Positions 21,475-32,792 of a stretch of DNA of 64,000 nt are shown piece after piece (positions within the stretch are counted from its first letter, which is position 1; each line of letters begins with the position of its first letter). Source of the stretch: an uncultured Candidatus Pelagibacter sp. (GTDB lineage: Bacteria > Pseudomonadota > Alphaproteobacteria > Pelagibacterales > Pelagibacteraceae). The stretch is from positions 5,443 through 69,442 of the forward strand of contig CAJQSC010000004.1 of the NCBI GenBank assembly GCA_905612465.1. The letters are read 5' to 3'. The position numbers and the translations under genes were made by a program. The notes beneath the pieces were generated by a model. The model saw only the letters and a program-made list of their open reading frames with translations. It was not told the origin of the DNA and made no database searches.

Positions 21475-22884
21475 ATGCATTACATTAAACTCATTTATTT
21501 GAGTGTTTTTTGTGGAATAATTTCTATTTTATCTTTTTTTAATATTGTTTATTCATATTATTTAAATTTGTATCTTAATTTAAATACTTATGTGTATGCT
21601 TTTTTGGTGTCTCTTGTCTTAGCTTTGGTTTTTTATATATCTAAAAATAATGATAAAAATAAAATTACAATATACGAAAAGATACTAACAATACTTCTTG
21701 GTTATTTTCTATTGCCATTGATAATTGCAATACCTTTTTATTTTAGTATTTATAACTTAACTTTCATTAATTCTTATTTTGAAGCAATTTCTGGTTTTAC
21801 ATCAACAGGATTTACTATTTTTAACAACATAAATCATATTGATCAAAGCTTAATTTTATGGAGATCGGCATCTCAATGGGTTGGTGGTTTATATTTTTTA
21901 TTTTCGATCATACTTTTAATTGATATTTTTGACCATAGTTTTAAAAAATCTTTAACCAATTTTATATCATTCAATAAAGCTGAAACTTTAAAACAGTCGT
22001 TAAAAATTTTTTTCTTATATTCAATAATTACGTTTGTAATCTTTATAATTTTAAATATTTTCGATATTAGGTTATTTAATTCTTTAAATATGGCAATGAC
22101 TATTATTTCTTCTGGTGGCTTTTTACCTTCAAACAATTTATCTAATATTTTGATAAATAATTCTCAAACTATAATAACAGCTTTATTAATGTTAACCTCT
22201 TTTTTTAGTATTTTTTTAGTTTATAATTTAATTTTTACAAAAAACCACAACTTGAATTTTTTTAATGAAGATATTCATTTACTATTTTATCTTCTAATTT
22301 TATTATCTATTTTTTTTATTTTTCTTAACTTTGATAATAATTTCATTATAATACTTCTATCTTTAACAAGTAGTGTTTCCAATATAGGTTTTTCTTTTAA
22401 TAATAGTTCAGCAAATTTGTCATTTATTTTTTTAATATTAGTAATGATTGGAGGGTCTTTTTTTTCTACAAGTTCAGGTATAAGGTTTTTAAAAGTTTAT
22501 TCTCTATTGAAATATTCGATTAACGAAATATTATCATACAGTAGACCAAAAAATATTTTTATTAATAAACATTTATTTTCTAAAGAATTTTTTGAGTTAA
22601 ATGAAATTCATAAGTATTTTTTGTCAGTATTAATTTTTATTATATCTTTGTTATTTTTAAGTTTTCTATTAACATTAAGTGGCATTGAGTTTGAAAATTC
22701 ATTTAAATTATCTATTTTAACTTTGATGAATACAGTTAACTCATCTATGTATGGCTTAGCGGACTTTAACTTCTATGATTTACATTTTTTTACTAAATAT
22801 TATCTAATTTTCTTTATGATTATTGGTCGTCTAGAGCTTTTAACTTTATTAATTATTTGTAAAAAATTTCTTTTTAAAAACTAA
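21475..22884 (+). CDS. trkH: TrkH-family cation transporter membrane subunit (divergent)
   Basis: FEAISGFTSTG, QWVGG, MIGG..STSSG, GRLE; follows trkA. Confidence 0.85.
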   Translation: MHYIKLIYLSVFCGIISILSFFNIVYSYYLNLYLNLNTYVYAFLVSLVLALVFYISKNNDKNKITIYEKILTILLGYFLLPLIIAIPFYFSIYNLTFINSYFEAISGFTSTGFTIFNNINHIDQSLILWRSASQWVGGLYFLFSIILLIDIFDHSFKKSLTNFISFNKAETLKQSLKIFFLYSIITFVIFIILNIFDIRLFNSLNMAMTIISSGGFLPSNNLSNILINNSQTIITALLMLTSFFSIFLVYNLIFTKNHNLNFFNEDIHLLFYLLILLSIFFIFLNFDNNFIIILLSLTSSVSNIGFSFNNSSANLSFIFLILVMIGGSFFSTSSGIRFLKVYSLLKYSINEILSYSRPKNIFINKHLFSKEFFELNEIHKYFLSVLIFIISLLFLSFLLTLSGIEFENSFKLSILTLMNTVNSSMYGLADFNFYDLHFFTKYYLIFFMIIGRLELLTLLIICKKFLFKN

Positions 22885-22918
22885 ATTCGTACTATAAATG
22901 TAACTAATATTATTATTT

Positions 22919-22995
22919 GCACTCTTAGCTCAGCTGGATAGAGCATCTGTTTTCTAAACCGAGGGTCGGTGGTTCGAGTCCACCAGAGTGCACCA
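22919..22995 (+). tRNA. tRNA-Arg(TCT)
   Basis: Cloverleaf: acceptor GCACTCT/AGAGTGC, GGTTCGAGTCC T-arm, anticodon TCT at 22953-22955, encoded CCA. Confidence 0.95.
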
Positions 22996-23164
22996 ACACA
23001 AGATATAATAGATAATTACCAAACCATACAATATATAGTTAGAATAATTCTAATATAAGAAATTATTCTTTGAACAGGTTACGATATTAATAGATAGTTC
23101 ATTCGATTCAAATTTATTTGAATTATTTGTTAACAAATAAATAAATAAAACAGAGGAATAAAAT

Positions 23165-24205
23165 ATGTTTAAATACGTAAAACAATTAACTTCTCTAGTT
23201 GCTATGGTTGCAGTTCTGTTTGCTTTTACAACTGAAACAATGGCCGCTAAGAAATCAAAAACTCTTAAAAACACTATGAAAAAAGGTTTTGTAAGATGTG
23301 GTGTATCTCAAGGTTTACCAGGATTTTCAAATGCTGATGCAGCTGGAAATTGGACTGGTGTTGACGTTGATGTATGTAGAGCAGTTGCTGCTGCAGTATT
23401 AGGTGATGCGAATAAAGTTAAGTTCACTCCTTTAAGTGCTAAAGAAAGATTTACAGCTCTTACTTCTGGTGAGATTGATATCTTATCAAGAAATACTACT
23501 TGGACACTTTCAAGAGATGCAGATCTAGGTGTAACTTTCGTTGGTGTAAACTTCTATGATGGTCAAGGTTTCATGGTAAGAAAAGACTCGGGAATTACTT
23601 CAACTAGTCAATTTAAAAATGGAATTTCAGCTTGTACTAACATTGGTACTACTACTGAATTAAACATGAGAGACTTCTTTAATTCAAAAGGAATTTCTTA
23701 TGAGCCAGTTGCTTTTGAAAAAGCTGATGAAGTTGTTGCAGCTTATGACTCAGGCAGATGTGATACTTACACAACTGATAAATCTGGTCTAGCAGCACAA
23801 AGAACAAAAATGACTAACCCTGATGACCATTTAGTGTTACCAGAGACTATCTCTAAAGAGCCTCTAGGACCTGTTGTACGTCAAGGTGATGCAGTTTGGG
23901 AAGACATCGTAAGATGGTCTCTAAACGTAATGATCGAAGCTGAAGAATATGGTATTTCTTCTTCAAATGCAGATGCTATGAAAGTTTCAGAAAACCCAGC
24001 AGTTAAAAGATTAGTTGGTACTGAAGGTGAATTAGGATCGTATTTAGGTCTAGATCAAGACTGGAGCTTAAGAATCATCAAGCAAGTTGGAAACTATGGT
24101 GAAAGTTATAAGAGAAATATAGCTGACACTGGTATTTTACCTGACAGAGGTCCGAATAATATTTGGACTAAAGGCGGATTATTATACACTCCACCAGCTA
24201 GATAA
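23165..24205 (+). CDS. aapJ: General L-amino acid ABC transporter substrate-binding protein (AapJ/BztA/YhdW)
   Basis: Signal peptide, CGVSQGLPGFS, DVCRAVAAA, SRNTTWT, YDGQGF, ISKEPLGP; GAGG RBS. Confidence 0.94.
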   Translation: MFKYVKQLTSLVAMVAVLFAFTTETMAAKKSKTLKNTMKKGFVRCGVSQGLPGFSNADAAGNWTGVDVDVCRAVAAAVLGDANKVKFTPLSAKERFTALTSGEIDILSRNTTWTLSRDADLGVTFVGVNFYDGQGFMVRKDSGITSTSQFKNGISACTNIGTTTELNMRDFFNSKGISYEPVAFEKADEVVAAYDSGRCDTYTTDKSGLAAQRTKMTNPDDHLVLPETISKEPLGPVVRQGDAVWEDIVRWSLNVMIEAEEYGISSSNADAMKVSENPAVKRLVGTEGELGSYLGLDQDWSLRIIKQVGNYGESYKRNIADTGILPDRGPNNIWTKGGLLYTPPAR

Positions 24206-24224
24206 TTATTATCTTAAATAATTT

Positions 24225-24257
24225 AAAAAGGGCTAGATTTATCTAGCCCTTTTTTTT
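24225..24257 (+). terminator. Intrinsic terminator/stabilising hairpin after aapJ
   Basis: AAAAAGGGCTAGAT-TT-ATCTAGCCCTTTTTTTT perfect stem followed by a U tract. Confidence 0.9.
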
Positions 24258-24271
24258 ATAATATTCCTCAA

Positions 24272-25417
24272 ATGAAATTAAAAAAAATTCTACCTCAAAT
24301 CTTAACACTACTATTTATAATTTTAGTATTTGGTTTCTTTACCATGAATGCCCAAGAGAATATGGGTGCAAGAGGTTTGGAGTTTGGTTTTGGCTTTTTA
24401 AAAACCCAAGCTTCTTTTGATATACAGTTTTCTTTAATAGATTATGATGGCTCTCATACATACGCCAGAGCCTACTTAGTTGGCTTACTAAATACACTTC
24501 TTGTAGCTTTTATAGGAATTATTTTAGCAACACTACTAGGTGCTATCGTTGGTGTTGCGCGTTTATCACCAAACTATTTAATCAGAAAAACAGCTTCTTT
24601 CTACATAGAGTTTTTTAGAAATATTCCTCTATTATTACAAATTTTCTTTTGGTACTTTGCTGCGTTAAGAGCTCTACCAATGCTTGAAGATGCACCCATG
24701 CTACTAAACTCATCTTTTATGACAATTAAAGGACTTTACGCACCAGCTCCAATTTGGATAAACTTTGATGTTTTTTTTACAACAATAGTTATTGCAATGA
24801 TTACAATTTTTTTCTTTGCTAGATATGCAAAAAAGAAACAAGAACAAGAAGGTAAACGATTGCCAGTATTAATGATTTCATTAATAATTTTTATAACATT
24901 ACCTTTATTAACCTTTTTAATTGGAGGTGTTGATTTATCTTGGAGTTTTCCTGTAATTAGACAAATGTCTCAATCGTCTTACACGTTTGATGGTGGTTTA
25001 AAAATACCACCGGAATTAATTGCTCTTACGCTCGCACTTACACTTTACACAGCAACATTTATTGCTGAAAATGTTAGAGCTGGAATTCAAGGAATTGGTA
25101 AAGGACAAAAAGAGGCAGCAGCTTCAATTGGTTTAACCCCAAGTCAAGTTTTGAAATTAGTTATTATGCCTCAAGCATTAAGAATTATTATACCACCAAC
25201 TACAAACCAATATTTAAACTTAACTAAAAATTCATCTCTTGCTGCAGCTATTGCTTACCCAGATTTAGTTTTGGTCTTTGCTGGAACTGCAATGATGCAA
25301 ACGGGTAGAGCTATAGAGATTGTAGGTATTACAATGGCAACATATTTGACTATTAGTTTGGGTATTTCTTTATTAATGAACTGGTATAATAAAAGAATAG
25401 CAATACAGGAAAAATAA
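24272..25417 (+). CDS. aapQ: Amino acid ABC transporter permease AapQ/BztB
   Basis: FRNIPLLLQI, EAA loop (GQKEAAASIGL), KNSSLA. Confidence 0.92.
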   Translation: MKLKKILPQILTLLFIILVFGFFTMNAQENMGARGLEFGFGFLKTQASFDIQFSLIDYDGSHTYARAYLVGLLNTLLVAFIGIILATLLGAIVGVARLSPNYLIRKTASFYIEFFRNIPLLLQIFFWYFAALRALPMLEDAPMLLNSSFMTIKGLYAPAPIWINFDVFFTTIVIAMITIFFFARYAKKKQEQEGKRLPVLMISLIIFITLPLLTFLIGGVDLSWSFPVIRQMSQSSYTFDGGLKIPPELIALTLALTLYTATFIAENVRAGIQGIGKGQKEAAASIGLTPSQVLKLVIMPQALRIIIPPTTNQYLNLTKNSSLAAAIAYPDLVLVFAGTAMMQTGRAIEIVGITMATYLTISLGISLLMNWYNKRIAIQEK

Positions 25418-26697
25418 TGAGCACAAGTAAGTTTAATATATTAGAGTCTAAACATCATAAAAATAGAAATATTTCTTTGATCTTAGGTGTCTTATTTTTT
25501 TCAGTTGGAATTATTGATTTTTATTTAAACAACTATTTTAATACAAATATTACTTCTTTTTTACCAAGGATAATTAATTTTTTTACACCTTTAATTTTTG
25601 GAGTTATTGGGCTTCATTTAATTAGAATAGAATTTTCAGGTATAAAGATTTTAGATAATCTCAATAAAAACATTAACACAAGTAACTTCAATGCTGTTTT
25701 AAGTGTATCTATAATTTTACTTATAATTTTTGGATTACCCCCTTTATTAAATTGGCTTATTCTTGATGCCAATTTTGCTGGTGACACCAAAGAAGCATGC
25801 ACTGGTGGTGGGGCTTGTTGGGTTTATATCAAAGTTTGGTTTAATAGGTTTATGTACGGAATGTATCCAAATGCTGAGCAATGGAGAGTTAATGTTACAT
25901 TTATTGCTGTACTTTTTTTTATGGCAGCAGGTTTTTTTGTTCCAACAAAACTTAAAAATTATCTTTCACTTTATTACACACTTATATTACCTATTATTTC
26001 TTTTATCTTAATCTATTATATAATTTCAGGAGGTTCTTTTGGATTGGTCTGGGTAGAAACAGGTGCTTGGGGAGGTTTATCTTTAACTTTCATGGTATCT
26101 TTCTTTTCTTTAATTTTTTGTTTCCCTTTGGGTATGATGTTGGCACTTGGAAGAAGATCTAATTTACCTATTGTTAAATATTCATCACTTTCTTTTATAG
26201 AGTTTTGGAGAGGTGTTCCTTTAATCACTGTACTTTTTATGTCAGCAGTAATGTTTCCTATGTTTTTACCAGATGGAACTTATGTTGATAAGTTAATTAG
26301 AGTTGTTGTAGCTATCACTTTATTTGAGGCTGCCTACACAGCAGAAGTTATAAGAGGAGGTCTACAAGCACTACCTAGAGGCCAGTATGATGCTGCTAAA
26401 TCGCTCGGGATGGGTTATTGGAGAATGCATGTTTTTGTTATTCTTCCTCAAGCTTTAAAGTTAGTAATTCCAGGAATAGCAAATACGTTTCTAGCACTTA
26501 TAAAAGATACACCATTAATTTTTGTTGTTGGTCTTCTAGAATTAGTTGGAATGTTAAATTTAGCTAAAACTAATCCAAAATGGTTAGGTTTTTCAATGGA
26601 AGGATATGTATTTGCAGGAATAATATTCTGGATTATTTGTTACAGTATGAGTAAATATAGTCAAAAATTAGAATTAAAATATAAAACAGATAGATAG
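25417..26697 (+). CDS. aapM: Amino acid ABC transporter permease AapM/BztC
   Basis: GACW, WGGL, RGVPLITVLF, GQYDAAKSLG. Confidence 0.92.
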   Translation: MSTSKFNILESKHHKNRNISLILGVLFFSVGIIDFYLNNYFNTNITSFLPRIINFFTPLIFGVIGLHLIRIEFSGIKILDNLNKNINTSNFNAVLSVSIILLIIFGLPPLLNWLILDANFAGDTKEACTGGGACWVYIKVWFNRFMYGMYPNAEQWRVNVTFIAVLFFMAAGFFVPTKLKNYLSLYYTLILPIISFILIYYIISGGSFGLVWVETGAWGGLSLTFMVSFFSLIFCFPLGMMLALGRRSNLPIVKYSSLSFIEFWRGVPLITVLFMSAVMFPMFLPDGTYVDKLIRVVVAITLFEAAYTAEVIRGGLQALPRGQYDAAKSLGMGYWRMHVFVILPQALKLVIPGIANTFLALIKDTPLIFVVGLLELVGMLNLAKTNPKWLGFSMEGYVFAGIIFWIICYSMSKYSQKLELKYKTDR

Positions 26698-26700
26698 GTT

Positions 26701-27435
26701 ATGTCAGATTCAATAATTCAAGTTCAAAAAGTAAATAAATGGTTTGGTGACTTTCAAGTTTTAAAAGATATAGACCTTGAAGTTAAGGCAAAGGAAAAAA
26801 TCGTAGTTTGTGGCCCTTCAGGGTCGGGTAAATCTACATTAATTAGATGTATTAATAGACTAGAAGAGCATCAAAAAGGAACTATTATAGTAGATGGAAC
26901 TGAAATTTCAGAAGATACAAAAAATATAGAACAAGTTAGAGCTGAAGTTGGAATGGTTTTTCAACAATTTAATTTATTTCCACATTTGTCAATTTTGGAC
27001 AACTGCACATTAGCCCCAATATGGGTTAAGAAAATGTCTAAAAAGGAGGCAGAAAAATTAGCCTTGGAGCACCTTGAGAGAGTACAAATTTTAGACCAAG
27101 CACAAAAATTTCCTGGACAACTTTCTGGGGGACAGCAACAAAGGGTAGCTATTGCTAGAGCTCTATGTATGGAGCCCAAAATAATGTTATTTGATGAACC
27201 AACATCTGCATTAGATCCAGAAATGATTAAAGAAGTGCTTGATGTTATGGTTAATTTAGCAAAACAAGGGATGACTATGATTGTTGTAACTCATGAAATG
27301 GGTTTTGCTAAAGAAGTTGCTGACCAAATGATTTTCATGGATGAAGGAATGATTGTAGAAAAGGCCACAACTAAAGACTTTTTTGCTAATCCAAAAAATG
27401 ATCGTACTAAACTCTTTTTAAGTCAAATTTTATAG
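26701..27435 (+). CDS. aapP: Amino acid ABC transporter ATP-binding protein AapP/BztD
   Basis: [28 protein letters not shown]. Confidence 0.95.
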   Translation: MSDSIIQVQKVNKWFGDFQVLKDIDLEVKAKEKIVVCGPSGSGKSTLIRCINRLEEHQKGTIIVDGTEISEDTKNIEQVRAEVGMVFQQFNLFPHLSILDNCTLAPIWVKKMSKKEAEKLALEHLERVQILDQAQKFPGQLSGGQQQRVAIARALCMEPKIMLFDEPTSALDPEMIKEVLDVMVNLAKQGMTMIVVTHEMGFAKEVADQMIFMDEGMIVEKATTKDFFANPKNDRTKLFLSQIL

Positions 27436-27607
27436 CTATTCATTATCTGTATATTACAATAAAAAAAATTGTAAAGTTTCCTTATAATATCTTGACACTA
27501 ATTAAATACTTACAGCTAATTTATTAAAATAAAAAAATTTTTCTATTGCGATAACAGTTAAAAATTAGTTCAATGGGTTTTTTAAATTAACTTTAAGAGG
27601 GGTCTTA

Positions 27608-27979
27608 ATGGAAAATAATTTTAACAAACACTTAGGTAATAAATTAAAGCTAAGAAGATTAGCTTTAGGTCTCACACAAACAAAAGTAGCAAAAGCAATA
27701 AATGTTACATTTCAACAAATCCAAAAATATGAAAAAGGAACTAATGGAGTTAGTTCAATAAGACTTCTTCAATTAGCAAATTATTTAAAAGTTCCAGTAA
27801 ATTATTTTTTTGAAGATTTTTCAGAATATTTAATTAATGCTGATAGATCTATAGAAGGTCACATAAATATTAATTATAATTTTTTAGTTAAAATTTATAC
27901 AGAACTTAATAATGATCAAAAACTTAAGTTTAGTAAAAATTTACAAGCATCACCTATTGGAATTTCAAAAGTAAGTTAA
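27608..27979 (+). CDS. XRE-family HTH transcriptional regulator
   Basis: G..LK.RR..LGLTQ..A..I.VTFQQIQKYEKG.N, the conserved alphaproteobacterial XRE signature. Confidence 0.9.
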   Translation: MENNFNKHLGNKLKLRRLALGLTQTKVAKAINVTFQQIQKYEKGTNGVSSIRLLQLANYLKVPVNYFFEDFSEYLINADRSIEGHININYNFLVKIYTELNNDQKLKFSKNLQASPIGISKVS

Positions 27980-28117
27980 TATAAAATTTAATTTAAGACC
28001 CTAATTTAGGCCTGAATTTTATAAAAATTATTCACAAAATATTTTAAAGACATAAACTTATATCTATTTACCAAATAATTTTTTTCAAAAAGATCATTAA
28101 AATTATAAGTAAAGTTA

Positions 28118-28193
28118 TGGCTCCTCGGGTAGGACTCGAACCTACGACCAATTGATTAACAGTCAACTGCTCTACCAACTGAGCTACCGAGGA
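28118..28193 (-). tRNA. tRNA-Asn(GTT)
   Basis: Reverse complement TCCTCGGTAGCTCAGTTGGTAGAGC...ctGTTaa...GGTTCGAGTCC...CCA. Confidence 0.96.
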
Positions 28194-28243
28194 ATATCAA
28201 AACCACAACTTACTTTTTTTTATGAGTAAAACAAGATTTTTTT

Positions 28244-28317
28244 TGGAGGCAACGCCCAGAATCGAACTGGGATACAAGGATTTGCAATCCTCTGCGTAAC
28301 CATTCCGCCACGTTGCC
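28244..28317 (-). tRNA. tRNA-Cys(GCA)
   Basis: Reverse complement GGCAACGTGGCGGAATGGT...ttGCAaa...TTCGATT...TCCA, U73 discriminator, 74 nt. Confidence 0.96.
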
Positions 28318-28446
28318 ATCACATCTCTTAATAAAGCAATTAGAGAACCTTTTATATATAAAATATTAATAATTAGTCTACCAAATAAGCTACTAAATTG
28401 ATTATTGTTAATTGATATTATTAAATTATAAACTTATGAATACCTT

Positions 28447-31074
28447 ATGAGTAACGATAAATACATACATTCTGATGTTGAAGATAAGATTTACTCTTAT
28501 TGGGAAAAAAATAATTTATTTAAACCTACAACAAATAAAAAGAAATTTTCAGTAGTTATACCACCACCAAATGTAACTGGTAGTTTGCATATGGGGCATG
28601 CACTAAATAATTCAATTCAAGATCTTTTGGTGCGATATCACCGTATGAATAATTATGAAACATTATGGCAGCCAGGAACTGATCATGCAGGGATTGCCAC
28701 ACAGGCTTTAGTGGAAAAAAAATTAGTTGCAGATGGAATTGACAAAAATGAAATCGGTAGAGAAAAATTCATTGCAAAGGTCTGGGAATGGAAAGATCAA
28801 TATGGTGACATTATAATCAATCAACTTAAAAAATTAGGTTGTTCGTGTGATTGGTCTAGAAACGCATTTACGATGGATGAAAACCTCTCTAAATCTGTAT
28901 TAAAAGTTTTTGTTGAACTTCATAAAAAAAAATTAATTTATAAAGATAAGAAACTAGTTAATTGGGATACGGTTTTAAAAACAGCTATTTCTGACCTAGA
29001 GGTAGACCAGAGAGATGTTAACTCTTTAATGTATTATATAAAATACCCAATTGATGACTCTCATGAATTTATAACAATTGCAACTACAAGACCTGAAACA
29101 ATGCTTGGGGACACAGCCATAGCTGTAAATCCAAAAGATAAAAGATTTAAAAGTTTTGTAGGTAAAAAGGTTACAGTGCCAATTGTTGGGAGAAAAATTA
29201 ATATTATAGAAGATGATTATGCTGACCCCGAACAAGGTACAGGAGCCTTAAAGATAACACCAGCTCACGACTTTAATGATTATGATGTAGGCCAAAGAAA
29301 CAATCTTGAAATAATAAATATTTTTACAGAAGCTGGCAAAATAAATCAAAATGCACCAAAAGATTATATTGGTCTTGATCGTTTTGAAGCTAGAAAGAAA
29401 ATATTAAAAGAACTTAAGGCAAAAGAATTTTTTGTAAGAGAAGAGAATATTAAAAATAAAGTTCCCTATGGAGATAGATCAAACTCCGTTATTGAACCTT
29501 TTTTAACTGAGCAGTGGTTTGTTGATGCAAAAAAATTATCTACCAAAGCTAAAGAAGTTGTTAATTCAAAAAAAACTAATTTTTTCCCAGAAAATTGGTC
29601 TAAAACTTATTTTCAATGGATGAATAATATTGAGCCCTGGTGTATATCAAGACAATTATGGTGGGGACATCAAATACCTGCTTGGTACGGTCCAGATAAA
29701 GAAATATTTGTTGCTGTTAATGAAGAGGAGGCAAGAATTGCAGCAAAAAAACATTATAATAAAAATGTAGAATTAGTACGTGATCCTGATGTGTTGGATA
29801 CATGGTTTTCATCTGGTCTATGGCCTTTTGCAACATTAGGCTGGCCTGATAATAAAGAATATGTTGAAAAATTTTACCCAACATCTGTTCTTGTAACGGG
29901 TTTTGACATTATATTTTTCTGGGTTGCTAGAATGATTATGTTTGGAATGGAATTCTTAGACAAAGAACCTTTTAAAGATATTTATGTTCATGCTCTTGTT
30001 AAAGATGAGAAGGGTCAAAAAATGTCAAAGTCAAAAGGTAACGTAATTAATCCCCTAGATTTAATTGAAAAATATAGTGCAGATGCTTTAAGATTTACCT
30101 TACTTTCAATGGCCTCACCCGGAACTGATGTAAAACTATCAGAAGATAGGGTTAAAGGTTATAGAAATTTTTTAAATAAACTATGGAATGCTAACAATTT
30201 TTTAATAACAAATAATTGTGATTTTAGTAAGATCGATAAGACACCAAAACTAACAATTAATATTAATAAATGGATTTATTCAGAATTACTATTAGCCAAA
30301 GATAAAATTGAAAAAAATTTAAAAGAATACCGGTTTGATGAGGCTGCTAAAAATGCATATCAATTTGCTTGGCATTCATATTGTGATTTATATATAGAAT
30401 TATCAAAAACAATACTATTTTCAGAAGACGATAAAGCTAAAGATGAAGTTAGAGAGGTATCAGCCTATATATTTAAGCAAATATTGATATTATTACATCC
30501 ATTTATACCATTTGTTACTGAAGAAATTTGGTTAAAAAACAAATTTGATAACTCTGGTAAAAATTTTTTAATGTTAGCGAATTGGCCAACTGGTAATTTA
30601 GAGAAGGATGCAAGTACAGATCAAGTAGAGAAAATTATTAGTATTATTTCTGAACTAAGGTCATTTAAAAATGAATTAAGTGTAAGCCCAGGCTCTTTTA
30701 TTGATATTTCAATTGAAGGCATTGACAAAAATCAAAAGGTATTTTTTGTTGAAAATGAAATCATTTTAAAAAGATTAGGGCGTATTAATAATTTATTTGA
30801 TAAAGATTTGGACAAACCTGCTCCATCATTAATGGTTTCAGGTGATTTATTTAAAGTGTATTTTGCCGAAGATGTTGATTTAAAGTTAATTAAAGAAAAT
30901 TTAACAAGTAAACAAAACAAATATCAACAAGAAATGGATAAAATATCAAAAAGATTAGCTAATAAAGGTTTTGTAGATAGAGCACCAAAAGATATTGTTG
31001 ATCAGGAAAAAAATAATTATAATAATTTAGAAAATGATATTAAAAAAATATCTGTAACAATAGAAAGTTTATAA
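28447..31074 (+). CDS. valS: Valine--tRNA ligase
   Basis: [39 protein letters not shown]-terminal coiled coil. Confidence 0.98.
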   Translation: MSNDKYIHSDVEDKIYSYWEKNNLFKPTTNKKKFSVVIPPPNVTGSLHMGHALNNSIQDLLVRYHRMNNYETLWQPGTDHAGIATQALVEKKLVADGIDKNEIGREKFIAKVWEWKDQYGDIIINQLKKLGCSCDWSRNAFTMDENLSKSVLKVFVELHKKKLIYKDKKLVNWDTVLKTAISDLEVDQRDVNSLMYYIKYPIDDSHEFITIATTRPETMLGDTAIAVNPKDKRFKSFVGKKVTVPIVGRKINIIEDDYADPEQGTGALKITPAHDFNDYDVGQRNNLEIINIFTEAGKINQNAPKDYIGLDRFEARKKILKELKAKEFFVREENIKNKVPYGDRSNSVIEPFLTEQWFVDAKKLSTKAKEVVNSKKTNFFPENWSKTYFQWMNNIEPWCISRQLWWGHQIPAWYGPDKEIFVAVNEEEARIAAKKHYNKNVELVRDPDVLDTWFSSGLWPFATLGWPDNKEYVEKFYPTSVLVTGFDIIFFWVARMIMFGMEFLDKEPFKDIYVHALVKDEKGQKMSKSKGNVINPLDLIEKYSADALRFTLLSMASPGTDVKLSEDRVKGYRNFLNKLWNANNFLITNNCDFSKIDKTPKLTININKWIYSELLLAKDKIEKNLKEYRFDEAAKNAYQFAWHSYCDLYIELSKTILFSEDDKAKDEVREVSAYIFKQILILLHPFIPFVTEEIWLKNKFDNSGKNFLMLANWPTGNLEKDASTDQVEKIISIISELRSFKNELSVSPGSFIDISIEGIDKNQKVFFVENEIILKRLGRINNLFDKDLDKPAPSLMVSGDLFKVYFAEDVDLKLIKENLTSKQNKYQQEMDKISKRLANKGFVDRAPKDIVDQEKNNYNNLENDIKKISVTIESL

Positions 31075-32792
31075 TGGGTAAATTTAATAAAAAAAAACTA
31101 CCAAGCAGGCATACTTCATTAGGAGCAGATAGAGCTCCTCACAGATCATTTTATTATGCCATGGGAGAAACGGAAAAGGATGTAGCCAAACCCTTTGTGG
31201 GCGTTGTATCAACTTGGAATGAAGCTGCTCCCTGTAACATTGCTTTAATGAGACAAGCTCAATCAGTTAAAAAAGGTGTTAGAGCCTCCGGTGGAACACC
31301 AAGAGAATTTTGTACAATTACTGTAACAGACGGTATTGCGATGGGTCATGAGGGAATGAAATCTTCTTTAGTATCTCGTGAAATTATTGCTGACTCAACA
31401 GAACTTACTGTTCGTGGTCACTGTTATGATGCACTTGTTGGTATTGCTGGATGTGATAAGTCTTTACCCGCTTTGATGATGGCAATGGTCAGATTAAATG
31501 TTCCAAGTGTATTTATTTATGGTGGTTCAATTCTACCAGGTCAATACAAAGGCAAAGATGTAACAGTTGTTGATGTTTTTGAAGCTGTTGGAAAACACTC
31601 GGCAGGTAAAATGTCTGCAAAAGAATTAAGAAAATTAGAACTTGTAGCTTGCCCAAGTGCAGGTGCTTGTGGTGGACAATTTACAGCAAATACCATGGCC
31701 TGCGTTTCTGAAGCTATTGGCTTAGCACTACCTTATTCCGCAGGAACACCTGCTCCATACGAAGAAAGAGATAAGTATGCTTTATTAAGCGGAAAGACTG
31801 TAATGAATTTATTACAAAAAAATATTAGACCTAGAGATATTGTTACAAAAAAATCTTTAGAAAATGCTGCAACAATTGTTGCTGCTACTGGTGGTTCAAC
31901 TAATGCTGCTTTACATTTACCTGCTCTAGCAAATGAAATTGGAATTAAATTTGATTTAATGGATGTTGCTAAAATATTTAAGAAAACACCTTATCTTGCC
32001 GATTTAAAACCAGGGGGAAAATATGTTGCAAAAGATATGTGGTTAGCTGGTGGCGTTCCGATGCTTTTAAAAACTCTTTATAATGGTGGATTTATTCACG
32101 GTGACTGTATGACGGTTACAGGAAAAACAATGAAACAAAATTTAAAAAATATTAAATTTAACTCTAATCAAAAAGTTTTAAGAGCTTATGACAATCCTCT
32201 ATCACCAGATGGTGGAGTTGTTGGCCTTAAAGGTAATTTAGCACCAGATGGTGGTATTGTTAAAATTGCTGGATTAAAGAAACTTCAATTTACTGGTAAA
32301 GCAAGATGCTTTGATAATGAAGAGGCAGCAATGGCTGCGGTTCAAAATAAAAAATATAAAGAAGGTGATGTAATTATCATTCGTTACGAAGGTCCAGTAG
32401 GTGGTCCTGGTATGAGAGAGATGCTTTCAACAACTGGTGCCATTTATGGACAAGGTATGGGTGAGAAGGTTGCTCTAATTACTGATGGCAGGTTCTCTGG
32501 TGCTACACGTGGTTTTTGTGTGGGTCATGTGGGCCCTGAGGCGGCCCTAGGAGGCCCTTTAGCTTTATTACGTAATGGAGATATTATTGATATTGATGCT
32601 AAAAAAGGAACGATTAACGTTAGATTGACTAAATTACAATTAGCTGCAAGACGTAAAAAATGGAAACCAAAAAAATCAAGCTTTGGATCTGGAACTATTT
32701 GGAAATATGCTCAAACAGTAGGTCCTGCTTATTTAGGTGCACCAACACATCCTGGTAAAAGAAAAGAAGTAAAAGTTTACGCTGATATTTAA
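31074..32792 (+). CDS. ilvD: Dihydroxy-acid dehydratase
   Basis: [40 protein letters not shown]. Confidence 0.95.
   Translation: MGKFNKKKLPSRHTSLGADRAPHRSFYYAMGETEKDVAKPFVGVVSTWNEAAPCNIALMRQAQSVKKGVRASGGTPREFCTITVTDGIAMGHEGMKSSLVSREIIADSTELTVRGHCYDALVGIAGCDKSLPALMMAMVRLNVPSVFIYGGSILPGQYKGKDVTVVDVFEAVGKHSAGKMSAKELRKLELVACPSAGACGGQFTANTMACVSEAIGLALPYSAGTPAPYEERDKYALLSGKTVMNLLQKNIRPRDIVTKKSLENAATIVAATGGSTNAALHLPALANEIGIKFDLMDVAKIFKKTPYLADLKPGGKYVAKDMWLAGGVPMLLKTLYNGGFIHGDCMTVTGKTMKQNLKNIKFNSNQKVLRAYDNPLSPDGGVVGLKGNLAPDGGIVKIAGLKKLQFTGKARCFDNEEAAMAAVQNKKYKEGDVIIIRYEGPVGGPGMREMLSTTGAIYGQGMGEKVALITDGRFSGATRGFCVGHVGPEAALGGPLALLRNGDIIDIDAKKGTINVRLTKLQLAARRKKWKPKKSSFGSGTIWKYAQTVGPAYLGAPTHPGKRKEVKVYADI

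Noticed and set aside
27582-27596. CtrA-like TTAA-N7-TTAA upstream of the XRE gene
   Set aside because: An all-AT motif is frequent by chance here, and nothing in the window supports a CtrA system
28028-28036. DnaA-box-like TTATTCACA
   Set aside because: Single copy, no cluster and no oriC-associated genes; expected by chance in AT-rich DNA
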